The position numbers and the translations under genes were made by a program. From Octopus sinensis (taxonomy: Eukaryota), in the NCBI RefSeq assembly GCF_006345805.1, contig NC_043000.1, forward strand, positions 89,342,001 to 89,406,000: DNA of 64,000 nt, written 5' to 3'. The notes under the pieces were generated by a model. That model ran no database searches. It worked only from the letters and a program-made list of their open reading frames with translations, and was not told the DNA's origin. Positions 42,230 to 56,303 of this stretch are shown one piece after another (position 1 is the stretch's first letter; every line of letters starts with the position of its first letter).

Positions 42230-43650
42230 AACTTTAGAAGAAGGGAAGTATAAATAATATAAGACAATAGAAAAAGAGGGGAAAGTAGTAGTAATAGGGT
42301 CCCCATGATACAGGAGGACATCAAGTGATAATCGAAGAACCCCACCATCCAAGATTACCCTGAATACCATGGACGGGAGCCCTCTCCAACTTTTTTCTTC
42401 CGACTCACAGTTCTACACTGAGAATGGTACCATCCACTCCTGCCATTTTCGCAACTGTCACCCACTTTTTCATAAAATCACTCGAGGACAACACTTCCCT
42501 CTCCACCATCACTTTCCTTTTCAAGTGAACCTTTAAAAATTCTATGTGGGTTTTACTAAAGAAGAATGTCTCTGTCCTCATTCCTTTCAGCCTCGTCCAC
42601 CAGACAACCTCTTTCATCACAGCCACGAGATGAAAGAAAACTGTCCTGCCTACCTGATTACAGGATGGCTGCGGAGAAATCATCGTTATGGATTCGGCTG
42701 ACATACAGATCCGTCCCACATGTGACAGCAGCTGCTCGAAGTAACTCTACAAGTCAGCAATGCACGGGCACTGAACGAATGCATGCAGAACAGTTTCGTC
42801 GCTCTGCGAGTACCTCGGGCAAACCCGTCTGACAGCACATCCTTATTTGTAGAGTTTATCTCGAACCGGTAGCGGCCCCCGGTAGTGTCTTCCGGTAGCA
42901 CTGTCAGGTCAAAGACATCTGGAAATTATCCACAGTAGTCCCCAACCGGAAAGTCCTCCATAATAGACTTGCCAGTTCATTTTCGTCGGTGCCTAGAGTC
43001 TCCCTGAGGACGTCATCGCATTTCCAAGCTACTAACACTCTACATATTGCTAAAGTAGAACATTCACCGTTCCTATTACCCGACTTTTAGAGGTCAGTGA
43101 CCGTCTGACGACATTCTAATCTCGAGGCCCCCTGTCACAGCCTATCATTTACCTAGGACAGCAGATCCATGAAGGAGACGAGCTGCGGAAAAAAACGTGT
43201 CTCACAAACAGATCCCATACTCATTCATCTAGAAATCGTTGCAAGTGACTCAACGTGAGTGCGTGACTGTGCATCAAAAGCCATAGCACGCCTAAGTGAC
43301 CATCTGACCAGTGGAGCGCATCCCTTTCACAAGAAAATAAACAGGGTACGCTCCAATCTAATCAAGCAGTAACTGGGGCAAGGCACGACTGTCAGAGGCA
43401 ATGTTGGCATTCGCCACTTCTGCTTAGCCTTTCAGAGACAACTTTCTCTCTGCCTCTTTCTGAGTAAGAGAGGCAAACATGTTCATCCCCCTCTTCCCAA
43501 TTCTTATCCACCTAGAGATAGGGACAAAACCAGACTTCGACCATTTTGACTGGTCCGTCAGTCCAGCGTCCGATGGCATCGATCTGCCTCTCCAGGTGCC
43601 CAGTCGCAATCCCACCGATTTGTCGACGTTGATTTTTGCCCCTGCAACCG
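42230..43650 (-). mobile_element. Tx1/L1-like LINE 3' fragment
   Basis: YESVAGAKINVDKSVGLRLGTWRG...RKLSLKG followed by a degenerate C-terminal Cys/His region. Confidence 0.7.
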
Positions 43651-43990
43651 ACTCATATTCCTTTGCAATGGAGCCGATGATGTTCATACCAGTAAGTAGG
43701 AGTGTTGATTTCGTAGTGTTTACATATTTTCCAATGTAAATACTGTCCTACTCTCTCGTGGCAATTTTTGTATTCGTTTGGTGTCAACACAGGACATCCC
43801 GCGACGAGATGATCTAGTTTCGTTAAATATATCGCAGGACCTTCATTTAAGCTCAGAACCGTTTTGACGAACGTTAGCCTGGTAGTTTTCGGCATGCAAG
43901 CTTTCATCTTGTGCCGCTAATATGAAACCTTCAGTCTCTGCTTTCGGTCCTCAGCTTCTCAGCCACTGATGGGCTGTTGCTTGGTAATTG
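43650..43990 (-). mobile_element. Dong/R4-like LINE internal fragment
   Basis: QWLRS..KAETEGFILAAQD...HLVAGCPVL..NEYKNCHERVGQYLHWKICKHY...WYEH, the CCHC/RHD region of RLE elements. Confidence 0.7.
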
Positions 43991-44460
43991 CACATATAAG
44001 TGCAGCTATTTATCGTCTGCTCGCTTTAAAACTCTTATTTGTTTATAAGGGTTAATTTAGCCTAAACTCTGGACTCACAAGAAACACGGCTGCAAGCTGT
44101 CCGAGATAGGATGCGCAGATATAGAGCACGGATCAGAGAAGAACAGCGAGAAAATATAATGAAAAGAGGGAAAAGACAGTACCGACAGAGACGCGAGGAA
44201 GTAAATATAGACGAACATCAAGAATATATAAAGAAAGCTAAATAATGAATGCTATAAAAATTCAAATCATCATTTATTTCTTAAATAGGTCCTTATAGTC
44301 ATTTTTTTCCATTCCGTGGAACCTCGGGTCCCACTAGTTAGGTTTATAATATTAATACGATAACATCAAGTGATAAAAGCCAAAATTGATTTCGGTGAGA
44401 ATGAATCAAACATAGAAGCAAATGTTTTACCGAACACATACAAAACTAAATACTGTAAAG

Positions 44461-44939
44461 CAGTGGTCACCAACCTTTTTTACACCACGGACCGGCTCCA
44501 TACCGGATAATAATTCCGCGGACCGGTAGTATCACATACGTGTAAATTAAGTGCATTTCGATAAAGAGAGCCATAACAAAAAGAGCAATTTATTAATGGA
44601 AAGAAAAAGTGCATAATCTCTTTACTCTCATGTACCGAAATTCTTTAAAATCTGAAAATTAGTAGGGATTAGAAAACTAGTTGGAAATTATTACAAAAAG
44701 AATTTTAATATATATTGATTGTAAAATTCTTTACAATTATGATTGATAGTAAAAGTAGATGTAAAATATGCATTAACTATATAAATATACAAAGTATTCA
44801 TAAAATGTACTTACAGTCATGACAGATAGTATTGAGTAGATGAATATTGAATATTTAAATAAATCTATTTGAATTTAATTCTTTTATAATTTTAAAAAAG
44901 TTAATTATTTTTCGGCGGCCTTGTGGTTAAGGACCTCTG
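44461..44939. mobile_element. hAT (Charlie-like) MITE
   Basis: Termini CAGTGGTCACCAACC / GGTTAAGGACCTCTG, with an exact 8-bp TSD CTGTAAAG at 44453-44460 and 44940-44947. Confidence 0.85.
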
Positions 44940-45053
44940 CTGTAAAGTATTTAGATCTATTAAAAATTCTAATTAAATATGAGTGATTTTATCTATTCGA
45001 TTAATTCAATATGAATAAAAATGTTCGAATTACAAAACAGTTAAAATCCATAC

Positions 45054-45394
45054 CTGCGTGACATTTGTACGTCCACCGTTTTGTCGAGTGAAAGCTTGAG
45101 TTCTGGCAAACGCCAACGCTTTATCAGTTGCAGTCATACCGCCATGATGGGGGATACTATTAATAGCGTTTTTAAGAGCTTGTTTATCGTGTATTTGGTT
45201 AAGTTTGATTTTTGGCATCACAGTATGATCAAACGTTGTTACTGCAACTTGAACTCGTTTAGGACCAATTTCAAAGCTATCTACAAAACTGCTCACAAAT
45301 CGAAGAGTTGTCTTGAAATTGGAAGCACCGACACTTCCGGAAGTATCCACCAAGAAGAGTACATCAAGAGGATTGTCTTTACAATCCATAAGAT
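45054..45394 (-). CDS. Exon 2: VWA domain 1, N-terminal part (341 nt)
   Basis: Acceptor ttttctgcag|AT. Translation DLMDCKDNPLDVLFLVDTSGSVG...GGMTAT...NVTQ includes the MIDAS DxSxS. Donor CAG|GTATGG, phase 0. Confidence 0.93.
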
Positions 45395-45485
45395 CTGCAG
45401 AAAATAAAGAAAAATAGTTACAAACATATATCGAAAACTAAGAATATACGTCTGGTTGCATGTATACATATACACACCCACACAC

Positions 45486-45520
<35 letters not shown>

Positions 45521-45749
45521 TAAATATAAGGGTAGCAAAGAAAATTCTCCGCTACCAGCGGTCTAGTGAGGAAGAAAATATAGTCAAAGACTATATAATA
45601 TACATTCAACAATATAAGGAATGGCCTTATATGGGTAAATGTTTTTATTTCTCTTTCAATTTCAGAATTACAACTATTTAGGGGTTTGAGTTTGGCTGCT
45701 CTTTCTAGTGAGTCGAATGGTCTATCAGGGCCATTCCTTATATTGTTGA

Positions 45750-45862
<113 letters not shown>

Positions 45863-46544
45863 TTATATTATATGATCGAACGCCGCACATCCTTTTTCAA
45901 GTTTTATCTTTATAATTCCGATGCGCAATCTATCCTTCTCTATTCTTTCTATGTATCTCCCTCTTTTGTTCTTCTTTCTTCCTGTTTTTCTCTCCTACAC
46001 TTTCCCTATTCTTCTCCTCTCCCCTTCACTGTTCCCTGTCTCTCTCACTCTTCCTCCGTGACTCTCTCGCTGCTCACAGGTGACCAACGGCTATCCATCT
46101 TCCTTTCTTTCACTTCCTTCCTAAGACAAGACGTACTTTGCCTGTCTCTTCTCAAAGCTCATTTTTCCAGCGTTCACTACTTCATATCGTCTTGGCTTAC
46201 TGTCCTGTTTTTGTTACCAGGTTAACCCTCCGCAAATTTAATTTGCTTTGCGGGAAAGACGGTGTTAACGAAGTCGCGTTTTTTCCTTACCTTCGAAAAC
46301 GCGGAGTAGATAAAGCAGGGGACAACTGATGAAGGGAATTTTGCCTGTCTCGTTTCTTTCGTTCTTCGAAAAAAGGTTCGTTTTCTGTTTTTGCTTTTTA
46401 CGTTCTTGTTTCTCATTTTGTTGATGCTTTTTTGATGACCTGTACCCATATATGCATGTATATATACATATATATGTAGGTATGTACATATATGTATGTA
46501 TATATGCATATATTTATATTTTAATTGTATTATTTTATATATAT

Positions 46545-46608
<64 letters not shown>

Positions 46609-46773
46609 ATATATGTTTGTTGAAATGGAAAGATGAATTATCTTGTTACGGATTATTCAAAAGTTTAACCGATACCTGGGTAGCAAAAATCACAGCAGAA
46701 AAAACACGGTTGGAGATAAGACCATATGGTGTTGCAACCGTGCGTTGGTGCGGATAATTGAAGTTTAATATAA

Positions 46774-46936
46774 TTAGTGAATTGAAGAAATGGAGTTGAA
46801 CGAAGATTGTACAGAATTCCTTTTATTACATTCTACACATGTTTCAAAGGCCACAATTTTCCAATTGGAAACATGTGTAGAATGTAATAAAAGGAATTCT
46901 GTACAATCTTCGTTCAACTCCATTTCTTCAATTCAC

Positions 46937-46939
<3 letters not shown>
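46774..46939. repeat. Perfect 72-bp inverted repeat with 22-nt spacer
   Basis: 46774-46845 is the exact reverse complement of 46868-46939. Confidence 0.92.
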
Positions 46940-46972
<33 letters not shown>

Positions 46973-47078
46973 CACACACACATAAACATACATACAGGTA
47001 TACACATACATACATATGCAAATAAATATATATTAATATATATTTATTTACGCACAGATACACACACACACACACACA

Positions 47079-47350
47079 CACATACATATCTTTGCCATTA
47101 TGTCACAAGTCCAAAACGTTGCTTTTTCGGAAAACGAAAGTATAGTTTCACCATTTCACCATTCCTTAGCAAAACAGTTGTACTACAATTTGAGAAGTTT
47201 TGAAATCTTGGTATCTGAAGCAGCTGGAGATACGATAGTTTGACCAAAAGAACCGGTTATTGCAGGCAAAAATAATATTGAGAAAAAAAAACACATTTAG
47301 TCAAATTTGGACATACGACAGTGTAACACAATGGCAAAGATATGTATGTG
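47079..47350. mobile_element. MITE-like element with ~30-bp TIRs
   Basis: cacatacatatctttgccattatgtcaca pairs with gtgtaacacaatggcaaagatatgtatgtg. Confidence 0.55.
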
Positions 47351-50300
47351 AATGTGTTACAGACATACATTGATTTCATCAAGTATATTCTAACCCCTCT
47401 TCGTTTCAACAGGTAAATTTTAAGTGATTTACCATTATATATATCAAATTATATAGAGCTACGGTTATTGTATATACCAGAAAGCAGAAGAGAATCGAGA
47501 TAACCCTGAACTTAACATAGAAAATGTTTATGCATTCATCGTCTTTTCGCTATTTGTGTACGGATCTGTGTATGTGTGTGTGTTTGTGTGTGTGTTTGTG
47601 TGTGTGTGTGTGTGCGTATTTGTAGTGGAGTGTTTGTGTGGTGGGGGGATGCGCCAACATTTGAGATAAACAATGATTACCTCAATGAGCGTCAATTTTC
47701 TTTTTCGATCGCTGTGCCATTCACTTCAGCGAGCTTTTAAGTAATAAGTTGAGTCTAAATGGTGTAAGCGATGTAAAACATTACGACGAGTTAGATGACA
47801 AGCAATAGAGAAATCATATTTGAAGTTCTAAAATGTGAACGTGAATGTATCAGCAGTTATTAACGTGTTTGTTTGTTTCTTTCTTTCTTCGTTTGCTTGT
47901 TTTTTGCTTTTAGTTTCTATGATTGGCATAGCATTGTCAGATGGTGTGGATCTTTTCTGTGTGCTGGAGCTATGTGATTTTGATCCGTTCTTAAATGTCT
48001 GTATCGTATCTAGCACCGCTTTTATGGTGCTGGTAACGGTATTTCCTTCGTCTCTGTATAACCAAATGTGGACATACAGAGACAACTGTGCCTTCACGTT
48101 GTTTTGCCTTTCATGGCGTTGAGAGAAAGATCTGTTATTTTCGTGAAGGCGAATCTTGCAAGACTGCAATCTGAACTTTATATGTAATCCATTGTGTTGT
48201 TGGTTGCTACATCCATGCAATGCACAAAGTTTTCTTTCAGTATTTGCCTTTATAGGAAATGTTTAATGTTTCCTCAATGTTATATAACCCTACCCCTTTG
48301 CTCTTCGTTTATTTGCACTGTTTTAGCATTGTAGCTCTTAATAGCATTAGAAAGTTTTGATACAGCTGTCACTTAACTTATTGTTGTGCTTGTTGAACAT
48401 TAAGGTGAGCTGTAGCTGCACGAAAAAAATACCTAGTACTATAAAGAATGGCAAAAGTAAGTTGCTGAAGCTAAATGAATACCCAAGAGAGCAGACATGT
48501 TATAGACGACAGACTGAAATTTGTTTGGAGTAGAATAGCGGTTAGCAGAGCATGTAGTTAAATTTTTTGATGAGAGCAGAGGAACTGGAAAAATTTCTGT
48601 GTCTGCAAATGGAAATTAGTTCTCTTTTGAAGTTCAAAGTATTCTGAGTATTGTGATTATTCATTACACTGTCTGCACTTTAGAGTCTTTATCTATGTGT
48701 CTCTATTGAAGCATTTAGTTTTGTCTATTAATTTTGATCAAACATCAGGTTTTCTGAAAAATCAGTCAATTATCTGTTCGTAACATAACATATACATAGA
48801 TATAGCATACTTGAAAATGACGGGATGGTCACGCCATTTGATGACGTAGACAGATTCGGACTTAACTACACCCTTATCAATACTATGTAAATATTTCGAT
48901 ATGAATCTTAATATTTCCTGCTCTAAAACTATAGATTGCTGGCACCAGTTTTGTCAGTTGCAGGTTTCTTCCATATAAAAGAGTAAAAGCTAATGACCTT
49001 CTTTGGTCACGAATGTCCATGAGATTGCACCAAGAAAGTGACCCTAGAAAGTCCGGGCAAGGTTATTTATAGAAGATTAACAGTCACCATTGCATACCAG
49101 CCTCCCCTCTCCACGCCGATACAGCTTGGCACCAGTGAACTGGAGCAACGTGAAATACAGTGTCTTGCCCAAGAACACAACACAGCCCGCTCCGAGAATC
49201 GAACTCATTATTTCATGATTATGAGTCTGACGCTCTAACCAGTGAACCTTGCGCTTGTCAATCAATCATTTTCGCATCACCCTCCATGAGTTTATTTTAA
49301 TATATAATTGCTCCTTTCAAATGAGGAGCAAATGAAATATCTTTTATTTTCTGCATCATACTTATTACAGGCTCGGTTATTATAATTGCTTATACGTCTT
49401 GGTTATTGCGTTCTGGAAAACCTAAAACTACACATATTTCAATGCACTTTTTTCGTTCAGAACAAGGATAAGAAGAAATTGCCCACAATAACCAAGTCCT
49501 ACTTATCAGATTTACATAAAATTTAAATCTAGAATTGCTGTATGGAAAGACTGCAAAAGCTTACGAAAAATATCTAAACAGTATGGCGCTTGTTAATAAC
49601 TTATTCGGATTTATTTCTGTACAGGACACATATGCTATTTGTATGTAGTTTCCAACACAAAAAGTCGATATCGGGAATATTACTGTAGTAATTAATGAGA
49701 ATTTCATTTAAATCAAGACAAATTCACGCATATCTGATAATTATGAATCCTGTGTGGCTGCAACTTGTTCAGTTGGCAGATACAAAGAAAGTTTAAGAGA
49801 AATCATAATCCGTGCCATTAAAACGATGGCACTTTAAGCATATTACTTCAAATATTTATGATATGTAAAACGAAATAATAGGCTCTCTAGAAATAAAAGT
49901 ATGTTCGATTGCATACATTCTTCTCTAAGTTTTAATATTGGTGATATCAATTCCATCTTCTAATTCTTTCGAGGACGTTGAAATTAAATTATCAATGCAA
50001 TATGGCTGATATGAAAGATTATAGTATTATCATAATAAAATCTATTTTTGCCCTTATCAAGGATAATGCATTTTTTTTTAAAAATTGCTAATCAATATAA
50101 TTGAGTTTTAATAATTAGAATATTGCATGTATGTGTTTGTAATGCTCATAAATATTTGTTACTTTGAAAAGCAAATATTTTTATTCTTTATTCACCTTTA
50201 TGTGATTTCATCTTTCTTTTGGAATGGCATTCGGAACATTCGAAAATGAAACACGAGCTGAATAATTAAGTAAAATTTGCTTTTTCGAATGACGTATTTA

Positions 50301-50567
50301 CGCGTAGATAATTGTATGTACACACAGTTTTGCAGGTTTAGTGATGACGTCGAAAGCACTCACCCACACTGTGTACACTGAAATCTTCCAGTATACAAAT
50401 TATATTTTGAAATCTTTTTCATCATCCGGAAACATAATTCATAAATGTTTTATCAACCTTCTGTTTTTCCTCTTCTTGTTTTATCTAACTCCTTGCAAAC
50501 TCCATGTTCTCCTCACCGTCGTAGGAGGATGGCGGGTTGAGAGAGACGATTCGTCCTTTTCCACTGC

Positions 50568-50870
50568 TGGAGGCACATGGCCTAGTGGTTAGAGCAGCGG
50601 ACTCGCGGTCGAGGGATCGCGGGTTCGAATCTCAGACTGGGTGATGTGTGTGTTTATGAGCGAAACACCGAAGCTCCACGCAGCTTCGGCAGAAGGTAAT
50701 GGCGAACTTCTGCTGACTCTTTCGCCACAACTTTCTCTCACTCTTTCCTCCTGCATCTTGCAGCTCATCTGCGATGGACCTGCGTCCCGTCCAGGTGGGG
50801 AACCTATACGCCAAGGAAACTGGGAAACCGACCCTTATGAGCCATGCTTGACTCGAGAAGGAACAAACTG
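50568..50870 (+). mobile_element. tRNA-derived SINE family C (octopus OR-type); related minus-strand copies at ~31862-32253, 34690-34943, 36880-37042, 48985-49256
   Basis: Head ggaggcacatggcctagtggttagagcagcggactcgcggtcgagggatcgcgggttcgaatctc has clear pol III A and B boxes and is followed by a non-tRNA body. Confidence 0.75.
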
Positions 50871-51049
50871 CTAGAACCGAGCTCGAGTCGATTCCACCCG
50901 CCCACCATTTCTGTTGCTTCGACCAGTGGTAGAAGAGCAAACTTCGGAATTGCCCTTGTTGATGTTACTGATTACGTTGTTGCCTGCTGCTCTCTCCATT
51001 CCTCGGCTTTCTAGTGCCTCAGTGTAGAAACCACTCAAATGACTCTCTT

Positions 51050-51950
51050 TCACAAGTGTAACAGTTGATCTTTCTGTCCTGTAACATTAGTTTCCTGACT
51101 TATTTTCTCAACCCACGACGGAGCAGTTTCAGAATTGCTCTATAGCTCTCAGGAATCATTAAGCATGTATTTCTAAATAGACCACTTTGCCACTGAACGT
51201 CTTTTCGGCTACTTCGTTACTATCTGCATATACCACGCTACAAAATTGACGATATGCTAACAATTAATAAAGTTATCCCTTGTGCTACACCTCTCCAAAT
51301 ATTGCGGTGCAGTCAGATGTGCAATGTACCAACTCGGTTTGTTTCATTTTTTACCTCGTCCCCCGTTTTGAATATCATTTATGTAATTCCTTTGCAACTC
51401 CCTCGACCGACGAACAATATATTACACCACATAGTTGAAGACAACTAAAATTGTTCTTTTGGGGAAAGAAGAAAACATCCTTATGCTTATCGTGAAGCAG
51501 ATTTTTTTCTCTGTTTGATAAATGATTATGGCTTTTATGCCCTTTATTTTCTTACATGTGCTTACTGTGCTCTAAATGGAAGTGTAGTCAAATCCTATTT
51601 TATGGACTCAGCTATGTTCTAAAATAAGTCGAAAGGTAAGCTACTATAAATCGGCACGAACTTTCCGGACAACCCAATAATTTGAGACCAAGTATGGATC
51701 TGAGACAGATGTATCTATTGCCTGCACGATATAATTCTTTTGTTGCTCTGTTTCTTCAACTCAAATTGTTTAGATGGGCCATGGCACTTTTTACACCAAT
51801 TAGATCGATCTAGGCAATGACTTGCCCAATATGTAAAGATTTTAGTGATTGCTTCAACTTATTGTTATACCATAAAGGAGAATTTTCGAACTACACTCAT
51901 GCATTCGAAAATGTACTGCCTATGTACATTCAGTTCTCAACAGCATATTT
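51050..51950 (-). mobile_element. Highly degenerate LINE reverse-transcriptase remnant
   Basis: Minus strand shows RGVAQG and a YADS (YADD-like) remnant, with many stops. Confidence 0.4.
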
Positions 51951-53864
51951 TTGATACTGGAAATGTCATATTCTTCTAAAATTTTGACATTTCATATCTT
52001 ATCTTGCCGTTTTATATTGCAGGTGTTGCGTAGACTGTACATAAAACATCATCAACAACAACAATAATAATCCTTTCTACTGAAGGCACAAGTCCTTGAA
52101 ATTTTGGGGGAAGGGAATAGGCGATTACATCGACCCTAGTGTTTCACTGGTACTTGATTTATCGACCTCGAAAGGATGAAAAGCAAAGTCGATCTCGGCG
52201 GAATTCTATAATAATGAGGAGAAGAAGAAGAAGAAGAAGAAGAAGAAGAAGAATGTTTTCAAATTCTGGGCACAGGGCCTGTGATTTCGGGAGAGGATGT
52301 TGAGATTACAGGATATAGGTGTTGTGATTACAGTAAGTTTGGACATAGGCAAAGAAGAATTCATTTTCATGTCCTCCCCTCTGGAGGTGAATGAATCATT
52401 TAATAGGAGAGGGACTCTTCTTTACGGGGGAAAAAAAACAGAAACTGCCTCAGAGGTTGTAGATTCCACTTCAGCGAAGCGTACCTCATTATCTCAGGAA
52501 ATGTACATCTGCTCATAGTTTTAATAAATTGATTTTGCATGGGGGGGGATTTTTTTACAAAACACTGTGGTCCCATTCGGCTTAGCCTCTTTTTTGCGTT
52601 TTAGGATCTGCTTTGATCGATTTGAAAATATTTTTGTGGTTGGTGGTGTCCATGTACCGAAATACACTATCTGATTTGAGTGTTTAAGCGTTTCAGAAAA
52701 ATGGAGTTAGTGAAAAAATTAAAATTTTTGTTATACTCCAGTTTAGGGTTCCACTTAAAGTTTCTATAAGTAAATAAACAAATAAAAATGTGATTATCTA
52801 TGCACATTAAGCTTGCTAGAATCCAAAGTCTCAGGAAGTGTTTTGAAAGCAGTATTTTATACAATTCCCCATCCGACTACTGGAGACACTACCATACAGA
52901 TTCTTCATTTTAGCCCAAATTTTTACCAATGTCTGTCTCCATTACCAAATTTGTTGAATAAACTAACATTCATTATTGACTTGGGACATGTTTACAAGAA
53001 ATAATATACTCTTAGAAAATGCATATACTTTATACGTTGTGGTGCACCTGAGCACTGTACACAATAATTTCATTATCATTTTATCTACCCCAGAAGGACG
53101 AAAAGCAAAGTGATGAATTTGAACGCAGATTTAAAAGAGCCTTAATTAAACCTTGCCCGATATTGAGTCCCCTGTCCTGTTATTTCTACAATTGACTACA
53201 CACTTAGGTGGCTAATAATAATAATAATAATAATAATATAATAATAATAATAATAATAAATAATAATAATAATAATAATATATAATAATAATAATAACAA
53301 TAATAATAATAATGATAATAATAATAATAATAATAATAATAATATAATAATATAATAATAATAATAATAATTATAATAATAATAATAATAATAATAATAA
53401 CTGTCGTCATTTTTTGGTTCCCTGAGGTAAAACCTCAGAATGGATACAGCGAAACGACTGTGATTGGAATCGAATTTTCAACTTGCTGCCCAGTAAATTA
53501 AGCAATAATTCTATCGATCGTATCAGATGAGAATTGCATTGAAAGAAATCAAATATTTTGTAGACAAAAGCGTATTAAATTCTCATTATATCACTTCAAA
53601 GAGAATGCTATTAAAGAACACAAAGACGAGAAAAAAACTTCACAACAAACAAAAAGTTAAATAATTATCAAGATGTAAATTTAAGATTAATTAGGAAGTG
53701 GTTATCAGGGTCAAACTATATGACTACAATGGTCGAAGCCTAAAGCAAAATAATTAGATCGAGTATACATCCTGACAAAGAAGTATGTTCTTTGTTTTTT
53801 ATATTAAAATAGTTATATATTGTAATTGCATTCGTTAAATATATGGTAAATAATTTTTTCTTAC

Positions 53865-53943
53865 CTGGTTTAGCTGCTAAGCTGCCACCACAGAGCAGCA
53901 AAGCAAACCAGTAGAGGGAATGCATCTTTGTCATTTTTGACAT
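53865..53943 (-). CDS. Exon 1: signal peptide (MSKMTKMHSLYWFALLLCGGSLA/AKP)
   Basis: Hydrophobic core followed by a small-residue cleavage site (SLA). Donor CCAG|GTAAG at 53864 is phase 1, matching the exon 2 acceptor. A TATA box lies just upstream. Confidence 0.8.
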
Positions 53944-53965
53944 AAGGAATCGATGAAGCCCTGAC

Positions 53966-53972
53966 TTTTATA
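53966..53972 (-). promoter_or_regulatory. TATA box (TATAAAA) of the VWA/TSP1 gene
   Basis: Minus strand reads gggttTATAAAAgtcagggcttcatcgattccttATG. The TATA starts 29 nt before the first ATG. Confidence 0.6.
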
Positions 53973-54229
53973 AACCCATCATAAACTATGGTACAGATAC
54001 AAAGGTCAAATATATTTTTTCAAGTGGTGTATATCTATGAGTATGCGAAAGGTGATAAAACCAATTTATGTATATTGGATTGAGGTACAAAATGATTAAG
54101 TGAGTGATTTAGTAATTATCATTAACTGGAATAATTATTAATTTTATTTATCACGCCATGCGATGTAAAGGTAGCATTTTCCAACCAACGAAATTTTTTA
54201 GGTCAAGCACGTTCCACTTTATCAGATGA

Positions 54230-54277
<48 letters not shown>

Positions 54278-54330
54278 ATGCATATATGCATATGTACGTA
54301 TATAGGTATATAAGTACAATATATATAGAA

Positions 54331-54362
<32 letters not shown>

Positions 54363-54470
54363 ATAGATATATATACATATATTATTACTATTATTATTAT
54401 TATTATTATCATTATTATTATTATCATCATCATCATCATCATCATCTTCATCATCATTATTATTATTATC

Positions 54471-54538
<68 letters not shown>

Positions 54539-54715
54539 TAAAGGAAAATTATACAAAAAAATTCTAAGGAGGAGGATAGATATTACAATATACACTATGT
54601 AACATACGAATTACGCACAAGCACACGCACACACACACAGATACACATAGGACACAGGCACGTACACACACACATACACACACATACACACACATATATA
54701 TGCACACAAACAGAC

Positions 54716-54769
<54 letters not shown>

Positions 54770-55138
54770 GGAAAGAGAGAGTGAGAGACAAAAATAAAAT
54801 TATAGACGAGCGATCATACGCAGAAAATGCATTTTTGTGTATTTTTATGTGTTTCTTTTTTTGTGAGCCTGTGTGTTTGCATGCGACACACTCTTATTTA
54901 TATAAATATACATATGCATATATGCATACACATATATAAAACAATAATAATAACATAGAGATTGTAAATATAGCGAGAATACCTATTCACACCAGTTTAA
55001 CATAGCATAATTCAATTTCTGGAGCATAAGACTATATATAAAAATTATTGAAACTAAATAACACAGGTAAATACAGCCGGCGCGTGTGTGTACACACACA
55101 CACTCACACACACACACAACACACACACACACACACAC

Positions 55139-55190
<52 letters not shown>

Positions 55191-55205
55191 TGCAGATATA
55201 CATAT

Positions 55206-55280
<75 letters not shown>

Positions 55281-55297
55281 ATATAATATATATATAT

Positions 55298-55343
<46 letters not shown>

Positions 55344-55533
55344 ATATATATATATATAAATATAGGAGATGTACTCGCATAGCAAGTAATTTGATCTGAG
55401 ATCGTGTGCTGAAACGAAAACAATTGCAGCGTGGAAGGTGTTTATGACAAATTAAATTTAAATGTTGAAGTGAATCGAACGGCTTTTGTGTGTTTCTTAA
55501 ATGGCTTATAAACACCTTCCACGCTGAAATTGT

Positions 55534-55596
<63 letters not shown>

Positions 55597-55616
55597 ATAT
55601 ATACATATATATATAC

Positions 55617-55707
<91 letters not shown>

Positions 55708-55933
55708 GAAATATTAAAATTACTAAGTCTCTCTAAAAGAGAACAACGGCAGCGTTTCCGGAAAATAATAGTTATCGCCATACTAATATGGCATTATTAT
55801 AAAAATAAGAATAAAGCTGTCCGCTTATTAGCTCCATGAGGCCATCGCCTTAAGTTAGCTATTTGATACACAAACTGTATCCATATAACCTTCGAACAAG
55901 GGAGGTCAGTCGCTCCACACTACTTGACCGGCA

Positions 55934-55975
55934 GCTACAGACGCGTTTCGGGGTATTGCCCCTTTTCAATGCAGC
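55934..55975 (-). ncRNA. Identical hammerhead motif on the opposite strand
   Basis: Exact reverse complement of 56262-56303. Confidence 0.8.
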
Positions 55976-56261
55976 GTAGCCAGACCAGTAAGTGTCGCTT
56001 CTGACAATCTCTGTTCGAAGGTTTTATTTACCTCGCTTCGGTGGAATAGGCGGACAGCTTTATTCTTATTTTTATAAGAATGCCATATTAGTATGGCGAT
56101 AACTATTATTTTCCGGAAACGCTGCCGTTTTTCTCTTTTAGAGAGACTTAGTAATTTTAATATTTCTATTATTGAAAACAAGTGGATGTATTCCACCGAA
56201 GCTAGGTAAATAAAACCTTCGAACAGAGATTGTCAGAAGCGACACCTCCTGGTCTGGCTAT

Positions 56262-56303
56262 GCTGCATTGAAAAGGGGCAATACCCCGAAACGCGTCTGT
56301 AGC
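56262..56303 (+). ncRNA. Minimal type-I hammerhead ribozyme, U3-A8 core variant
   Basis: GCTGCA-TTGAAAA-GGGG CAATA CCCC-GAAA-CGCG-TC-TGTAGC. Predicted cleavage after GUC at 56297. Confidence 0.8.

Noticed and set aside
43424-43907. Overlapping ORFs suggesting a novel gene
   Set aside because: This is a chimeric junction of a Dong/R4-like fragment and a Tx1-like fragment.
46290-46385. CTGATGA and CGAAA motifs as a hammerhead
   Set aside because: Stems I and III could not be formed in register in either permutation.
47828-48220. 130-aa ORF in intron 1
   Set aside because: No recognisable motif or exon boundaries. Possibly decayed transposon sequence, but it cannot be classified by eye.
50568-50640. 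tRNA gene
   Set aside because: There is no proper acceptor stem, and the sequence continues into a SINE body with related copies elsewhere, so it is a SINE head.
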